NCBI GenBank assembly: GCA_963422265.1
Contig: OY729416.1
Coordinates: 1-64,000 of the forward strand
DNA from: Thermodesulfobacteriota bacterium
GTDB taxonomy: Bacteria; Desulfobacterota_D; UBA1144; Nemesobacterales; UBA2774
Direction of reading: 5' to 3'
DNA length: 64,000 bases
Both the position numbers and the translations under genes were made by a program. Shown here piece after piece: positions 47,243-57,419 of the stretch. How positions within the stretch are numbered: the stretch's first letter is position 1; each line of letters opens with the position of its first letter. The notes under the pieces are model-generated. The model saw nothing but the letters and a program-made list of their open reading frames with translations, did no database searches and was not told the DNA's origin.

Positions 47243-48256
47243 TTAAAAGCCTACGCTCTTACTTATAATCGCACCTACGTTGTAATCAAAATATAGAGAC
47301 GACAAACCATACCCCATAGCCACGGCTATGAAAGGTATTACGATCCAGAAGAACGCTATACGCACAACATGGCGATTGCGCGCCGTTGCCGCAAATCCAT
47401 TCTGAGCGCATGAGAACCCTATTATGCCAGAGGTAACTATTTCTGCTATTGAAACGGGAATGCCTGAGAAAGAGGCGACGAGGATAAGAGCAGCCCCCGT
47501 AAATTCAACCGAGACGGCTCTTATAATGCAAATCTCAGTGATCTCCTTGCCCACCGTCTCAAGCACCCTGCCCCCGAACAGCAGCGCCCCTACGCCCATA
47601 GCCAACCCGGCTAAGACAGCTCCGTCAAAAGAGCTAATGAGCCCAAGACCAACAATCGGTCCAATGGCGTTCGCTGAATTATTAGCCCCTGCCGAGAAGG
47701 CGAGAAAAGAGCCAGAGATGGTAATCATAACAATTAATATCCTATTGATGCTGGCTTCCTGATAACGGTCCGAGAGAAACTTGAGCGTCTTGAAATACAA
47801 GAATCTAGCGACGAGATAATTGATTACCCAGGCGAGGGCTGGCGCCGCAACCCACCAGATGATTATTTCAGTAAACTTCCCCGTGTTCAACGATCCCGCG
47901 TAAAGCCCTACGCCCGCTATGGCGCAGACTATGGCGTGCGTAGTGGCTATTGGCACACGCGCCACGTTCGCCCACGATACGAAAATTATCGCTATTACGA
48001 AAATAATTAAAACCAAGCCTACGTGAGACGATAGTATTTCACTCGGAACAAGTCCCTTGCCAAGGGTGCGCACTACGGGGGCGCCTGCTATTATTGCCCC
48101 CAGCAAAGCGAAAACGGCTATTATTACCGTAGCTTGACGTTTGGTTCGGACACCGGCTCCATAGGCGGTAGCCATTGAGGCGGCTGAATTATTAGCCCCT
48201 ATGTTAAGGGCGAGAAACGCTGCGAGCGCTATTGAAATTGGAAGTATAAGTTCCAA
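47243..48256 (-). CDS. PiT-family anion permease (possibly CysP-like sulfate permease)
   Basis: Two GANN signature repeats, GGRVLETVGKEI; lies upstream of cysH. Confidence 0.85.
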   Translation of the reverse strand: MELILPISIALAAFLALNIGANNSAASMATAYGAGVRTKRQATVIIAVFALLGAIIAGAPVVRTLGKGLVPSEILSSHVGLVLIIFVIAIIFVSWANVARVPIATTHAIVCAIAGVGLYAGSLNTGKFTEIIIWWVAAPALAWVINYLVARFLYFKTLKFLSDRYQEASINRILIVMITISGSFLAFSAGANNSANAIGPIVGLGLISSFDGAVLAGLAMGVGALLFGGRVLETVGKEITEICIIRAVSVEFTGAALILVASFSGIPVSIAEIVTSGIIGFSCAQNGFAATARNRHVVRIAFFWIVIPFIAVAMGYGLSSLYFDYNVGAIISKSVGF

Positions 48257-48268
48257 GTCTTAATCTCC

Positions 48269-48700
48269 TCACTGCAACTTTCTATCTTCCACGTCCTCCG
48301 TAGCCTCGAATGGAATCGGAGAGGCTTGGTGTATGACCATAAGCCATCCCGACTCAGTGCGCTCAAATATGTTAGTTGATATAGAGACGTTCATCATCAT
48401 AGGCTCCCTTTTTATGTAAATAATCTCCTGAACGCAGGTTACCCATGCGGAGTCGCCTACTATATCAACTGTTAGATTATGGAGCCTTACGTCCAACGTA
48501 TCCTTTGGGTCAAATACATTTTCCCAGCTTTGCATAATAGCGTCCCAGCCCTCAAGCATAATCCATCCCGGGTGAGTGCATCCGGCTCTCTTATTCTGGA
48601 CGAATACTGTTCGCATTAGCTCAATATCTCTACTGCCCAAGGCTTCGTAAAACCTGTTATTAACTTCTAAAATCTGTTTTTCATCTGAGTTCATAGTCAC
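48269..48700 (-). CDS. SnoaL/NTF2-like protein
   Basis: NNRFYEAL, C.HPGW..L.GW, TNIFER and W.MVIHQAS. Confidence 0.85.
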   Translation of the reverse strand: MTMNSDEKQILEVNNRFYEALGSRDIELMRTVFVQNKRAGCTHPGWIMLEGWDAIMQSWENVFDPKDTLDVRLHNLTVDIVGDSAWVTCVQEIIYIKREPMMMNVSISTNIFERTESGWLMVIHQASPIPFEATEDVEDRKLQ

Positions 48701-48795
48701 TTTAATTCTTCCTGTTGCTTATTGTCAAAATGGCGCAGACGGCAATAGCGGGTTTTAGAGCCAGTCGCCCAAAGTGCGACGGCTTATCATACTTC

Positions 48796-50442
48796 TCACC
48801 TGAAAACTTCTATCACACGGTTAAGTGAACTCAATATATCGCCCTTGACGCGAGATACATCGTTATAGATAGCCAGAGCCATTATACAAATTAGAATTGC
48901 GAATCCTATACGCTGACTCGTGTTGAGTATCCTTGCACTAAGGGGTTTTCGCCTAATCGCTTCTATTGTCAGATAGACGACGTGCCCGCCATCTAGCATA
49001 GGTATGGGAAAAAGGTTTATTATTGCGAGATTGATGCTTATAAAGCAGGTAAACTGGAGAAGCATGGCAATTCCACTCTCAGCTGCCGAGCCCGACACCT
49101 TTGCTATCAGTATCGGCCCAGCGAGGCTTTTACCTGCCGCGCCAAGCGCAATTTTTCCTGTAATCAGTTTATAGAGGAATCCGAATAAAAGAGTCGTCAC
49201 TTCTATTATCATGCCGAGCGCCCCCTTTACCCCGTTCACGATAGACTCGAAAAAGCCGTATTTCTTAAGCGTTTCTTCTTTGTAAACCTGTATTCCTATC
49301 GCTCCTTTGCCCCCTTCTCCGCGAGGCTCAGGGGTTATCTGCACGTCAAACGTTTCAATTCCCCGCCCAGAAGCCTGCCCCCCACTGGATTGGGGGTCGG
49401 TGATATGCTCTCTCTCTATTCCCATGATCAACTGATTGCTGGCGTTGCGTCTGATTACCGAAGACATGTGGCTCCAGTCGGAAATCGGCTCTCCGTCTAT
49501 CGCCACTATTCTATCTCCTCTTTTAATTCCGGCTTTGTCCGCCGGCGTGTCGGTTATAACCCCTCCGACCCTGGCTTCAGTTGCCTCTCCGAATCCTGCG
49601 ACTACAATTCCTTCAGGTGAAGCCGCCGCTTTGAGCTCCAGCCTTTGGGTTTCACCTTCTCTCTCTATTAACACGCTGACGATCGCGTCTATATTGGTCT
49701 GTAACTCCAAATTCACTTCTTTCCACGTAGAGACTTCCCTGCCGTCAATCTCAAGCACCTTGTCTCCCTTTAGAAAGCCAGCCTTATCGGCGGATGACTT
49801 AGGGGTTATGTATCCGATTACCGGTGATTGCTCAAGATAAGCGGGCACTGCGATGCCTAACATGAAAACGATCGGCAGGAAAACAAATGGCAAGAGAAAG
49901 TTCATAAAAGGACCCGCCAATACTATCAAAAACCTTTTTATAATAGACTGATTAGAGAAACTTCTTGGATATTCTATTTCTGAGTAGTTTTGCGCTCCGT
50001 TGAGATTCAGAGGTAAGGTGCTTAGGGTGAACCGCTTGCCGTCTCTATCAATTGTGAATTTGCATTTACTTTCTGGCTCCTTGTCCAGAATGGCTTTTAC
50101 ATTACTCCACTTGTCAATGTGTTCTATCTCTACGTCTTCTATGTTGACAATTCTGTCGCCTGAGCGGAATCCAACCTTTTCTGCGTTTGATCCGGGTTCT
50201 ACCGAATCTACGATAACTCCTCCCTCGCCCCCCTCGCCATACATTTTTACGTATCCCCCCAGCGGTAACATACAGATAATGTATTCCGTCTCGCCTCTGG
50301 TGATCCCCAGTAGCTTTTTCCCAAAGCCGAGTGAGAACTTTTCTACCCTCACACCACTCCATTTCGCTACTAGGAAGTGTCCTAACTCGTGTACAAATAC
50401 TAAAATTGCTATGACAAAAATAAATGCTATTATCGCGGTCAC
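48796..50442 (-). CDS. rseP: RIP metalloprotease RseP with multiple PDZ domains
   Basis: HELGH, LPLGGYVKM, AGPFMN and NLFPIPMLDGGH; downstream of dxr. Confidence 0.93.
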   Translation of the reverse strand: MTAIIAFIFVIAILVFVHELGHFLVAKWSGVRVEKFSLGFGKKLLGITRGETEYIICMLPLGGYVKMYGEGGEGGVIVDSVEPGSNAEKVGFRSGDRIVNIEDVEIEHIDKWSNVKAILDKEPESKCKFTIDRDGKRFTLSTLPLNLNGAQNYSEIEYPRSFSNQSIIKRFLIVLAGPFMNFLLPFVFLPIVFMLGIAVPAYLEQSPVIGYITPKSSADKAGFLKGDKVLEIDGREVSTWKEVNLELQTNIDAIVSVLIEREGETQRLELKAAASPEGIVVAGFGEATEARVGGVITDTPADKAGIKRGDRIVAIDGEPISDWSHMSSVIRRNASNQLIMGIEREHITDPQSSGGQASGRGIETFDVQITPEPRGEGGKGAIGIQVYKEETLKKYGFFESIVNGVKGALGMIIEVTTLLFGFLYKLITGKIALGAAGKSLAGPILIAKVSGSAAESGIAMLLQFTCFISINLAIINLFPIPMLDGGHVVYLTIEAIRRKPLSARILNTSQRIGFAILICIMALAIYNDVSRVKGDILSSLNRVIEVFR

Positions 50443-50460
50443 TTAACTCCTCCTACAATA

Positions 50461-51663
50461 CTAACGATCTAAGAGTGACAATGTTTTTTTTCTCGCCCAC
50501 TCGTCGCTTTCTAACACTTCTTCGAGCTCGGAGGCAGGTCCAGCTCTGTGTGAATTCATAACCTTTCTTACAATACGCGCAATATCAGTGAAACCGATCC
50601 GTTCCGATAAGAACGCCTCTACCGCGACCTCGTTCGCCCCGTTTATTACGGACGGCACGTCGCCTCCTTGTTGTAAAGCGTCCAAGGCTATTGATAGGCA
50701 GGGGTATCTTTCATAATCCACCCCCATAAAGCTAAGCTCACCAAAGCCGTTAGGGCAAGCCCCAAAGCTAATATGAGCGTCTTCCTCCGCGTCAATTTTA
50801 TGGCTTAGCGATATCCTATCAGGGTAGGAGAGCGCATAGGCAATCGGTATTTTCATATCGGGCTCGCTCATTTGCGAGATGACCGACCCATCTATGTATT
50901 CTACCATAGAGTGCACTATGCTCTGAGGGTGAATCCATACCGATATGTTTTTGGGGGCAAATCCGAAAAGCCAACTTGCCTCGATTACCTCAAAGCCTTT
51001 ATTCATTAACGTAGCTGAATCTATGGAGATTTTTCTCCCCATTTTCCACGTCGGATGATTTAAGGCGAGCGCAACCGATACCCTATCCAATTCTTTCTTA
51101 GGGGTGTTTAGAAACGGTCCCCCCGAAGCCGTTAGTATAAGTCTTTGGACGTCTTTTAACCCTTCTTTGAGTATGCGCGAGGACGGTGGCCGCCCACGTG
51201 CGAGAACCTGAAAGACCGCGCTGTGCTCGCTATCAACCGGTAGCAGGGAGGCTTCGCTCTTTCTTGCCTCTCTTGTTATGATTTCCCCTGCTATAACAAG
51301 AGACTCTTTATTCGCTAAAGCTACGTCTTTCCCTGCTTTTACGGCGGATAGTGTGGGCTTGAGACCCGCTGCGCCGACCATAGCCGACACGACCAAATCC
51401 GCCTCGTCCAAAGCAGCTATCGTGCTCGCCCCCTTCTCTCCGTATAAAACCTCGATCCCTTTATGAGAGAGCTCTCTGGCTGATTCTCCGTTGGTGACGG
51501 ATACTACTTTGGGTCTAAACTTCGCGATCTGTTCTTCAAGTAGTCTAACGTTCTTGCCAGCGGCGAGTCCTACTACGCAAAAGCGCTCTGGGAATCGTGA
51601 GACAACTTCGAGCGTCTGTCTTCCTATTGAGCCCGTTGAGCCGAGTATGGAAATTCTCTTCAA
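50461..51663 (-). CDS. dxr: 1-deoxy-D-xylulose 5-phosphate reductoisomerase
   Basis: LGSTGSIG, ALANKESL, PVDSEH, LTASGGPF and IDSATLMNKGFEVIEA. Confidence 0.97.
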   Translation of the reverse strand: MKRISILGSTGSIGRQTLEVVSRFPERFCVVGLAAGKNVRLLEEQIAKFRPKVVSVTNGESARELSHKGIEVLYGEKGASTIAALDEADLVVSAMVGAAGLKPTLSAVKAGKDVALANKESLVIAGEIITREARKSEASLLPVDSEHSAVFQVLARGRPPSSRILKEGLKDVQRLILTASGGPFLNTPKKELDRVSVALALNHPTWKMGRKISIDSATLMNKGFEVIEASWLFGFAPKNISVWIHPQSIVHSMVEYIDGSVISQMSEPDMKIPIAYALSYPDRISLSHKIDAEEDAHISFGACPNGFGELSFMGVDYERYPCLSIALDALQQGGDVPSVINGANEVAVEAFLSERIGFTDIARIVRKVMNSHRAGPASELEEVLESDEWARKKTLSLLDR

Positions 51664-52424
51664 AATTTTATCCGAACTTTTCTCGCCTGCTCGCCTATGA
51701 GTCCGAATCTCCTCTCTCGCCTCTGATAGTTGAGTATGGCTTTAACAAGGTGTCTTTTTCTAAAGTCAGGCCAGAGAGTCCTAGTTACGTATATCTCTGC
51801 ATAGGCGATCTGCCATAGCAGAAAGTTAGAGAGCCTCATTTCGCCGCTAGTTCGTATCAGCAGGTCTAGCTCCGGCAGATCGTGTGCATATAGAAAGCGG
51901 GAAAAGGTAGCCTGATCAATGTCTTCGATATTTATCTTATCATCAGTGGCTATTTGCTTAGCCGCGTCTATTATTTCTTCCCTCCCGCCATAGCTAAGCG
52001 CCAGGGTTAGGTTCATGAGCTGGCAATGCCCCGTCTCTTTTATAGTATCGGTAAGTGCTTTATGCACGTCCGGGGGGAGCTCGTGCGTCCTCCCTATCGC
52101 ATTTAGCCTTATATCGTTTTTTATAAGCGAGTCGCGTTCATTCAGCAGGTATTGTTTTAACATCTCCATTAGGAATCTGACTTCGTCTGCGGGTCTCTTC
52201 CAGTTTTGGACCGAAAACACATACAGGGTTAGGTTCCTAACGCCAAGTTCCTCACAAGCCCGCGCTACCGCCCGCGCCGATTTTATCCCCTCTTCGTATC
52301 CCCTTATGCGTTCCACGTTTTTCTTCTCCGCCCACCTGCCGTTTCCATCCATTATGATCGCTATATGATTGGGTAGCCTATCTTTATCTATTAGAGATTC
52401 AAGCTTTGTTTTCATGTTTTTCAT
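51660..52424 (-). CDS. uppS: Undecaprenyl diphosphate synthase (isoprenyl transferase)
   Basis: HIAIIMDGNGRWA, LSYGGREEI and IRTSGEMRLSNFLLWQ. Confidence 0.96.
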   Translation of the reverse strand: MKNMKTKLESLIDKDRLPNHIAIIMDGNGRWAEKKNVERIRGYEEGIKSARAVARACEELGVRNLTLYVFSVQNWKRPADEVRFLMEMLKQYLLNERDSLIKNDIRLNAIGRTHELPPDVHKALTDTIKETGHCQLMNLTLALSYGGREEIIDAAKQIATDDKINIEDIDQATFSRFLYAHDLPELDLLIRTSGEMRLSNFLLWQIAYAEIYVTRTLWPDFRKRHLVKAILNYQRRERRFGLIGEQARKVRIKF

Positions 52425-52443
52425 CTGTCAGCGGGCGCTATAA

Positions 52444-52668
52444 TCACTTTTCATATATTGGCTTTACGGTATAAGATAAAGGCGTGGTGATGAAGATGAT
52501 AATAGCAAGCACGGTCATTATAACTAAGAAGGTGGCGCAATAGACTAAAATTGAAGCTGGTATAAAAGCCAGTCTATAGAGAAAAAACCAGTCTTTCGAC
52601 GTTTGCATTACGATAGATCCGTAGCTTTCAACAAACCTGCTTAGTACAGTGAAAATCATATTGAACAT
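52444..52668 (-). CDS. Small hypothetical membrane protein
   Basis: 74-aa hydrophobic ORF with GGGGTGG SD-like sequence, co-oriented with uppS. Confidence 0.45.
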   Translation of the reverse strand: MFNMIFTVLSRFVESYGSIVMQTSKDWFFLYRLAFIPASILVYCATFLVIMTVLAIIIFITTPLSYTVKPIYEK

Positions 52669-52956
52669 TGAGCCACCCCCTTTAACATACTAACATTTAA
52701 CATATACAATTGTTTAAGTAGGGGCAAGAGATGGGGCTTATACGTCTATTTCGTAATTGTTCAAGCCACGCCGCCCCAGCACCGATTGCGTAAAGCGAGA
52801 CGGGGTGAAGGCTCAGATTGCACGGGGTGAAGGATCAGATTGCATTGTATAAAGGAAGTAAAGAGGGTTGGATAATGGCAAGCTATAGAATTGGCTTGGT
52901 GATATGGAAATGAGGAAGTAGCTTATTCTTTAACTAAATAACATTAAAGAGAGGAT

Positions 52957-54777
52957 ATGAAAATGGCTAATGCTGTGGGGAACGCGGACGTCGGATTAGA
53001 CGGGACAAGTTGGGATCTTAGCGATCTTTATTCAAGCCTTCAAGATCACAAAATAGAAGAGGATATTGACCATCTATTTAGGAAGGCAGAGAGCTTTGAG
53101 AAAAAATACAGGGGTAAGATAAATTCGCCGTCCCTAACCCCTAACACCCTCCTTAAAGCCGTCACGGAGCTTGAATCAATAAGCGAGCGGATCGGCAAAT
53201 TGCTGTCTTACGCCTACCTAGTCTTCGCAGCCGATACGAGCAAGCCTGAGCACGGGGGGTTTCTCCAAAAAGTTCAGGAGAAAACGACTGAGGTGAGAAA
53301 GCTCCTTATATTCTTTGAGCTTGAGTGGATAGCCTTAAACAGTGACAAGGTTAACAAGCTTCTTAGGGACGAGGTGCTATCGCATTACGCCCATTTCCTA
53401 GAGAAACAGAGAAAGTATAAGCCCCACAGGTTGAGTGAGCTAGAGGAGAAGGTATGCGACGAAAAGGACAACACGGGAGCGAGGGCTTTTAAGAGGCTAT
53501 TCGATGAAGCGCTAAGCAATATACGCTTTAAGGTGAGGCTACACGGCAAGATTGCTTCGCTTTCTGAAACTGAAACCCTCGCGCTTTTATACGATCCCGA
53601 TCGGCGGAAAAGAAAAGCCGCGGCAAGGGGTCTTACCAAGGGGCTCAAAGAAAACGCGCACGTGCTCACATTTATTTTTAACACCCTGGTTCACGACCAT
53701 TCCATAAGCGACCGACTGCGATCATTCGCTTATCCAATGGCTTCGCGCCATCTGGATAACGAGATAGATAAACAGACCGTCGAGTCGCTTATGAAGTCCT
53801 GTGAGAGAAACTACGATATGGTGGATTCATATTATAAGCTCAAGAAAAATCTGCTCGGCATAAGAAATTTTTATGACTATGATCGTTACGCCCCAATCCT
53901 CTCGGACTCTAACAAAATCCCGTATAACGAGAGTAGGAGAATCATACTCACCTCATTTAACAAGTTTTCTCCAAAGATGTCCACAATCGCCGAAAGGTTT
54001 TTCGAAAAGCGCTGGATTGATTCCGAGCGAAGGGATGGGAAACGGGGCGGGGCGTTCAGCCACGGGACGGTGCCGAGCGCACATCCCTACGTGCTTACAA
54101 ACTACACTGGCAGAATGAGGGACGTAATGACGCTAGCTCACGAGTTGGGACACGGCGTTCATCAATACCTCTCAGGGGAGCAGGGCTATTTTCAGTCCGA
54201 TACACCGCTTACGACCGCGGAGACTGCGAGCGTGTTTGCCGAGATGCTGGTATTTCACGCTTTAATGGAGGGTGAAACGAGCCCGCAAGCTAGGCTTTCC
54301 ATTATATGCGGCAAACTCGAAGATATATTTGCCACAGTTTTCCGTCAGGTTGTGCTCACACGGTTTGAAGAACGTATGCACGAGGCCAGAAGGAGCAAGG
54401 GAGAGCTTGCTATCGAGGCGATAAACGAAATATGGATAGAGGCTAATAAGCCTATGTTTGGAGATTCCGTTCAAATGACGGAAGATTACTCTTACTGGTG
54501 GATGTATATACCGCATTTTATTCATTCGCCGTTTTACTGCTACGCTTATTCCTTTGGAGAGCTTTTGGCTTTGGCTCTTTACGGTAGATACGTAAGCGAG
54601 GGCGACGCGTTCGTTCCGCGTTACATACAGCTTCTTTCCTCGGGCGGGAGTAGGTCACCAGATGAGCTGCTTAGACTCGTTGAGGTGAATATAAAAGATC
54701 CTAACTTTTGGCAGGGTGGGCTTAACCTGCTGGGTGAGATGGTGGCAGAAGCTATAGAATTAGCAGCGACTGTCTAA
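52957..54777 (+). CDS. pepF: Oligoendopeptidase F (M3B family)
   Basis: WDLSDLY, GKRGGAF, TLAHELGHGVH, AETASVFAE and HFIHSPFYCYAY. Confidence 0.93.
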   Translation: MKMANAVGNADVGLDGTSWDLSDLYSSLQDHKIEEDIDHLFRKAESFEKKYRGKINSPSLTPNTLLKAVTELESISERIGKLLSYAYLVFAADTSKPEHGGFLQKVQEKTTEVRKLLIFFELEWIALNSDKVNKLLRDEVLSHYAHFLEKQRKYKPHRLSELEEKVCDEKDNTGARAFKRLFDEALSNIRFKVRLHGKIASLSETETLALLYDPDRRKRKAAARGLTKGLKENAHVLTFIFNTLVHDHSISDRLRSFAYPMASRHLDNEIDKQTVESLMKSCERNYDMVDSYYKLKKNLLGIRNFYDYDRYAPILSDSNKIPYNESRRIILTSFNKFSPKMSTIAERFFEKRWIDSERRDGKRGGAFSHGTVPSAHPYVLTNYTGRMRDVMTLAHELGHGVHQYLSGEQGYFQSDTPLTTAETASVFAEMLVFHALMEGETSPQARLSIICGKLEDIFATVFRQVVLTRFEERMHEARRSKGELAIEAINEIWIEANKPMFGDSVQMTEDYSYWWMYIPHFIHSPFYCYAYSFGELLALALYGRYVSEGDAFVPRYIQLLSSGGSRSPDELLRLVEVNIKDPNFWQGGLNLLGEMVAEAIELAATV

Positions 54778-55215
54778 AGTTGCGCAGGCGCCTTCCCCTG
54801 CTTTGAGGCTTAAAGGGGCGGGGATTGTCTTGCTATGAGGTTGACTATATATTTATTTCTCCTCATCAGTTGGCGCCAGAGGTCGTAGAGGGCGCTAAAA
54901 TCTTTATCTTTTGTCCGCACAACGTCTGTCTGTAAATGGGATTCAGAGAGAATAAACAAGTAGCAGCGAGGTAGTAAAGAGAAGGGGGTAACAAGAAGAG
55001 TAATGGGACTGATTGACAACGTTAGAAAGAAACGGGATTCGTGGATAAGCAGGTTTGAAGAGCATCGTCAGGATGAGGAATATGATGCGCATAATCTGGA
55101 TACCGCTGGGGAAGAAGAACGGATTTTAGGAAACAGAAGAAAGGTCGGCGTGTTTCCGAAAGTTCAACAAGGTAAAGATGTCAAGAAAAAGTAGCTGGTA
55201 GTGGTTTTATTAGAC

Positions 55216-55244
55216 TTGACAAGCTGCGGATTATGTTTCATCTT
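55216..55244 (+). promoter_or_regulatory. Putative promoter of the rpsU-dnaG-rpoD operon
   Basis: TTGACA at 55216-55221, weak -10 (CATCTT) at 17 nt. Confidence 0.35.
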
Positions 55245-55382
55245 GCTCTTGGCACGCTCGCTTTGCGTGCACTAGGTTGAACGGCGTTATTATAGGCATT
55301 AGAATAATAATTTAGGATAATAGCGGTAGCGTTAAAATAATAACGGTATTAAACATTATTAAAACAAAAGGAGGTTTTGTTA

Positions 55383-55574
55383 ATGCCCGGAATTGTTGTA
55401 GGAAACAACGAGAGCATAGATAGCGCGCTTAAAAGATTTAAGAAACAGGTTGAGAAAGGGGGAGTAATTGCCGAGATTAGAAAGAGAGAGTTTTACGAAA
55501 AACCGAGTGAAAAGAAGAAGAAAAAGCTCTTTGCCGCGAAAAAGCGCGTTGTGAGACACGGCGGTAGAAGTTGA
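55383..55574 (+). CDS. rpsU: 30S ribosomal protein S21
   Basis: [24 protein letters not shown]...REFYEKPS. Confidence 0.96.
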   Translation: MPGIVVGNNESIDSALKRFKKQVEKGGVIAEIRKREFYEKPSEKKKKKLFAAKKRVVRHGGRS

Positions 55575-55601
55575 CAATTATGAATTAAGTAAAAATGATA
55601 G

Positions 55602-57419
55602 ATGGACAGGTTTAACAATGAGGATGTTGTTAAAGAAGTAAAAAGGAGGTTGAGTATTATAGACCTCGTACAAAGCTATACATCTATCCAAAAAAAGGGA
55701 AAGAGCTACTTAGGGATTTGTCCATTCCATGATGATAGCAACCCTTCTATGAATGTCGATGAGGAAAAGGGTTTGTTTCACTGTTTTAGCTGTGGGGCTG
55801 GTGGTGACCTCATAGGTTTTTACATGAGATATAACCACCTTTCCTTTCCCGAAGCGTTATCCGAGCTTGCTAAGAAAGCCAATGTCGAAATAAAAACGCG
55901 CCGTTCCCCAATCCGCAATTTTAAGTCAGTAATATCTCAAAACAGTAGATTATATAAGGTTAATTCTATAGCTTCCAAATTTTACCAAGACGTCCTGTTG
56001 AATAGTCCAGAAGCTAAGCTGGCAAGAGGCTACCTTGAAAAAAGAAATATACGGTCTGAGATTATAAAGGAGTTTGCCCTGGGTTATGCCCCCAAGGGTT
56101 GGGACGGGCTGGCTAACCTTTTTGTCAAGCGCAAGGTTCCATTGGACGTTGCTGAGAGAACAGGTCTGATTGTTAAAAGGAATAATGCCGAGGGGTATTA
56201 TGACAGGTTTAGAAATAGGATAATGTTTCCGATTATGGACGTTGATCAAAGGGTGATAGGTTTTGGAGGAAGAGTTTTAGACCAAGGGGCTGACGGGAAC
56301 GTGTCTAAGTATATTAATTCTCCTGAATCTGAGATTTACCATAAGAGAAGCAATTTTTATGGGCTTAATAAATCTAAAGACTATATTAGAAAGCAGAGAG
56401 AAGCCATAGTCGTTGAGGGATATACTGACTTTCTGTCCCTTTATTCCCGAGGTATTAAACACGTAGTAGCTACGTTGGGGACCGCCCTTACGGGCGAGCA
56501 CGTTTCTATTCTAAAGCGCTACGCCGACAAGGTTATCTTGGTATTCGATGGAGATAGCTCCGGAACCAAGGCCGCCGTTAGATCTCTTGAACTTTTTTTG
56601 GAGCGCGAGGTTACGCCTTACATCGCGCTCATTCCCGATGGTGGAGACCCGGATTCATTCATTTCATCTCAGGGAGAAGAGGAGTTCCAGCATCTAATAC
56701 GAAATTCAACGAACCTAATTAATTTCGTCGTGGATGCGACTGCAAGGAAGTTTGCGAGTGGCGGCATTACTTTACGTCAAAGCGTAATGGAGGTTACGGC
56801 TTTGTTGGCTAAGCTTAAAAACCCGGTGGAAAGAAGCGCTTCCGTCAAAAGGATAGCCGAGAGACTTGGCGTTAGGGAAAGTGGGATTTTGTCTATGGTC
56901 AAGGCGGATAGAAGTCGCGGTAGCATATACGGGGGAGCGCGGGCGGGCGGCGAAACCGGTAAAAGGGCTTCCGCAGCTAACGATAGAGAGATGCTTGTCT
57001 TAAAGCTACTGCTTCATTTTCCTCACCTTTCGGCTTTAGTCAATAAAGAGGATTGGCGTGATTTTATCTCGAGCCGTGAGATAAAATCAATATTAGAAGA
57101 ATTTATTGAAAACGGTTTGAGCGACGCGTCATCTCTTCTCGCTAGGTTTAATAACAGCTCGTCCCAAGAGATTATTTCCGAAGCGTTGATGTCTCCCTCA
57201 CTCGGCGTGTTTGATAAAGAGACAGCGTATAAAATGTTGCTCGGATGTATTAATAAGTTAAAGTCGAGCAGGACTCAAGAGAAGCTCAAAGTCCTACGAT
57301 TGGAAATGCAGGAGGCGGTCAAGAACAAAGACTTTTCTTCTCAAAAACGTCTTTTAATAGAGTATAGCAATATGATTAAGCTAAATAATAGGGGCTATGG
57401 AGAACCTGATGGGCAATAG
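55602..57419 (+). CDS. dnaG: DNA primase
   Basis: CPFHDD...CFSC zinc finger, [25 protein letters not shown] and FDGD TOPRIM. Confidence 0.97.
   Translation: MDRFNNEDVVKEVKRRLSIIDLVQSYTSIQKKGKSYLGICPFHDDSNPSMNVDEEKGLFHCFSCGAGGDLIGFYMRYNHLSFPEALSELAKKANVEIKTRRSPIRNFKSVISQNSRLYKVNSIASKFYQDVLLNSPEAKLARGYLEKRNIRSEIIKEFALGYAPKGWDGLANLFVKRKVPLDVAERTGLIVKRNNAEGYYDRFRNRIMFPIMDVDQRVIGFGGRVLDQGADGNVSKYINSPESEIYHKRSNFYGLNKSKDYIRKQREAIVVEGYTDFLSLYSRGIKHVVATLGTALTGEHVSILKRYADKVILVFDGDSSGTKAAVRSLELFLEREVTPYIALIPDGGDPDSFISSQGEEEFQHLIRNSTNLINFVVDATARKFASGGITLRQSVMEVTALLAKLKNPVERSASVKRIAERLGVRESGILSMVKADRSRGSIYGGARAGGETGKRASAANDREMLVLKLLLHFPHLSALVNKEDWRDFISSREIKSILEEFIENGLSDASSLLARFNNSSSQEIISEALMSPSLGVFDKETAYKMLLGCINKLKSSRTQEKLKVLRLEMQEAVKNKDFSSQKRLLIEYSNMIKLNNRGYGEPDGQ

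Noticed and set aside
55003-55194. 63-aa ORF upstream of rpsU
   Set aside because: No recognisable motif; cannot be distinguished from a chance ORF
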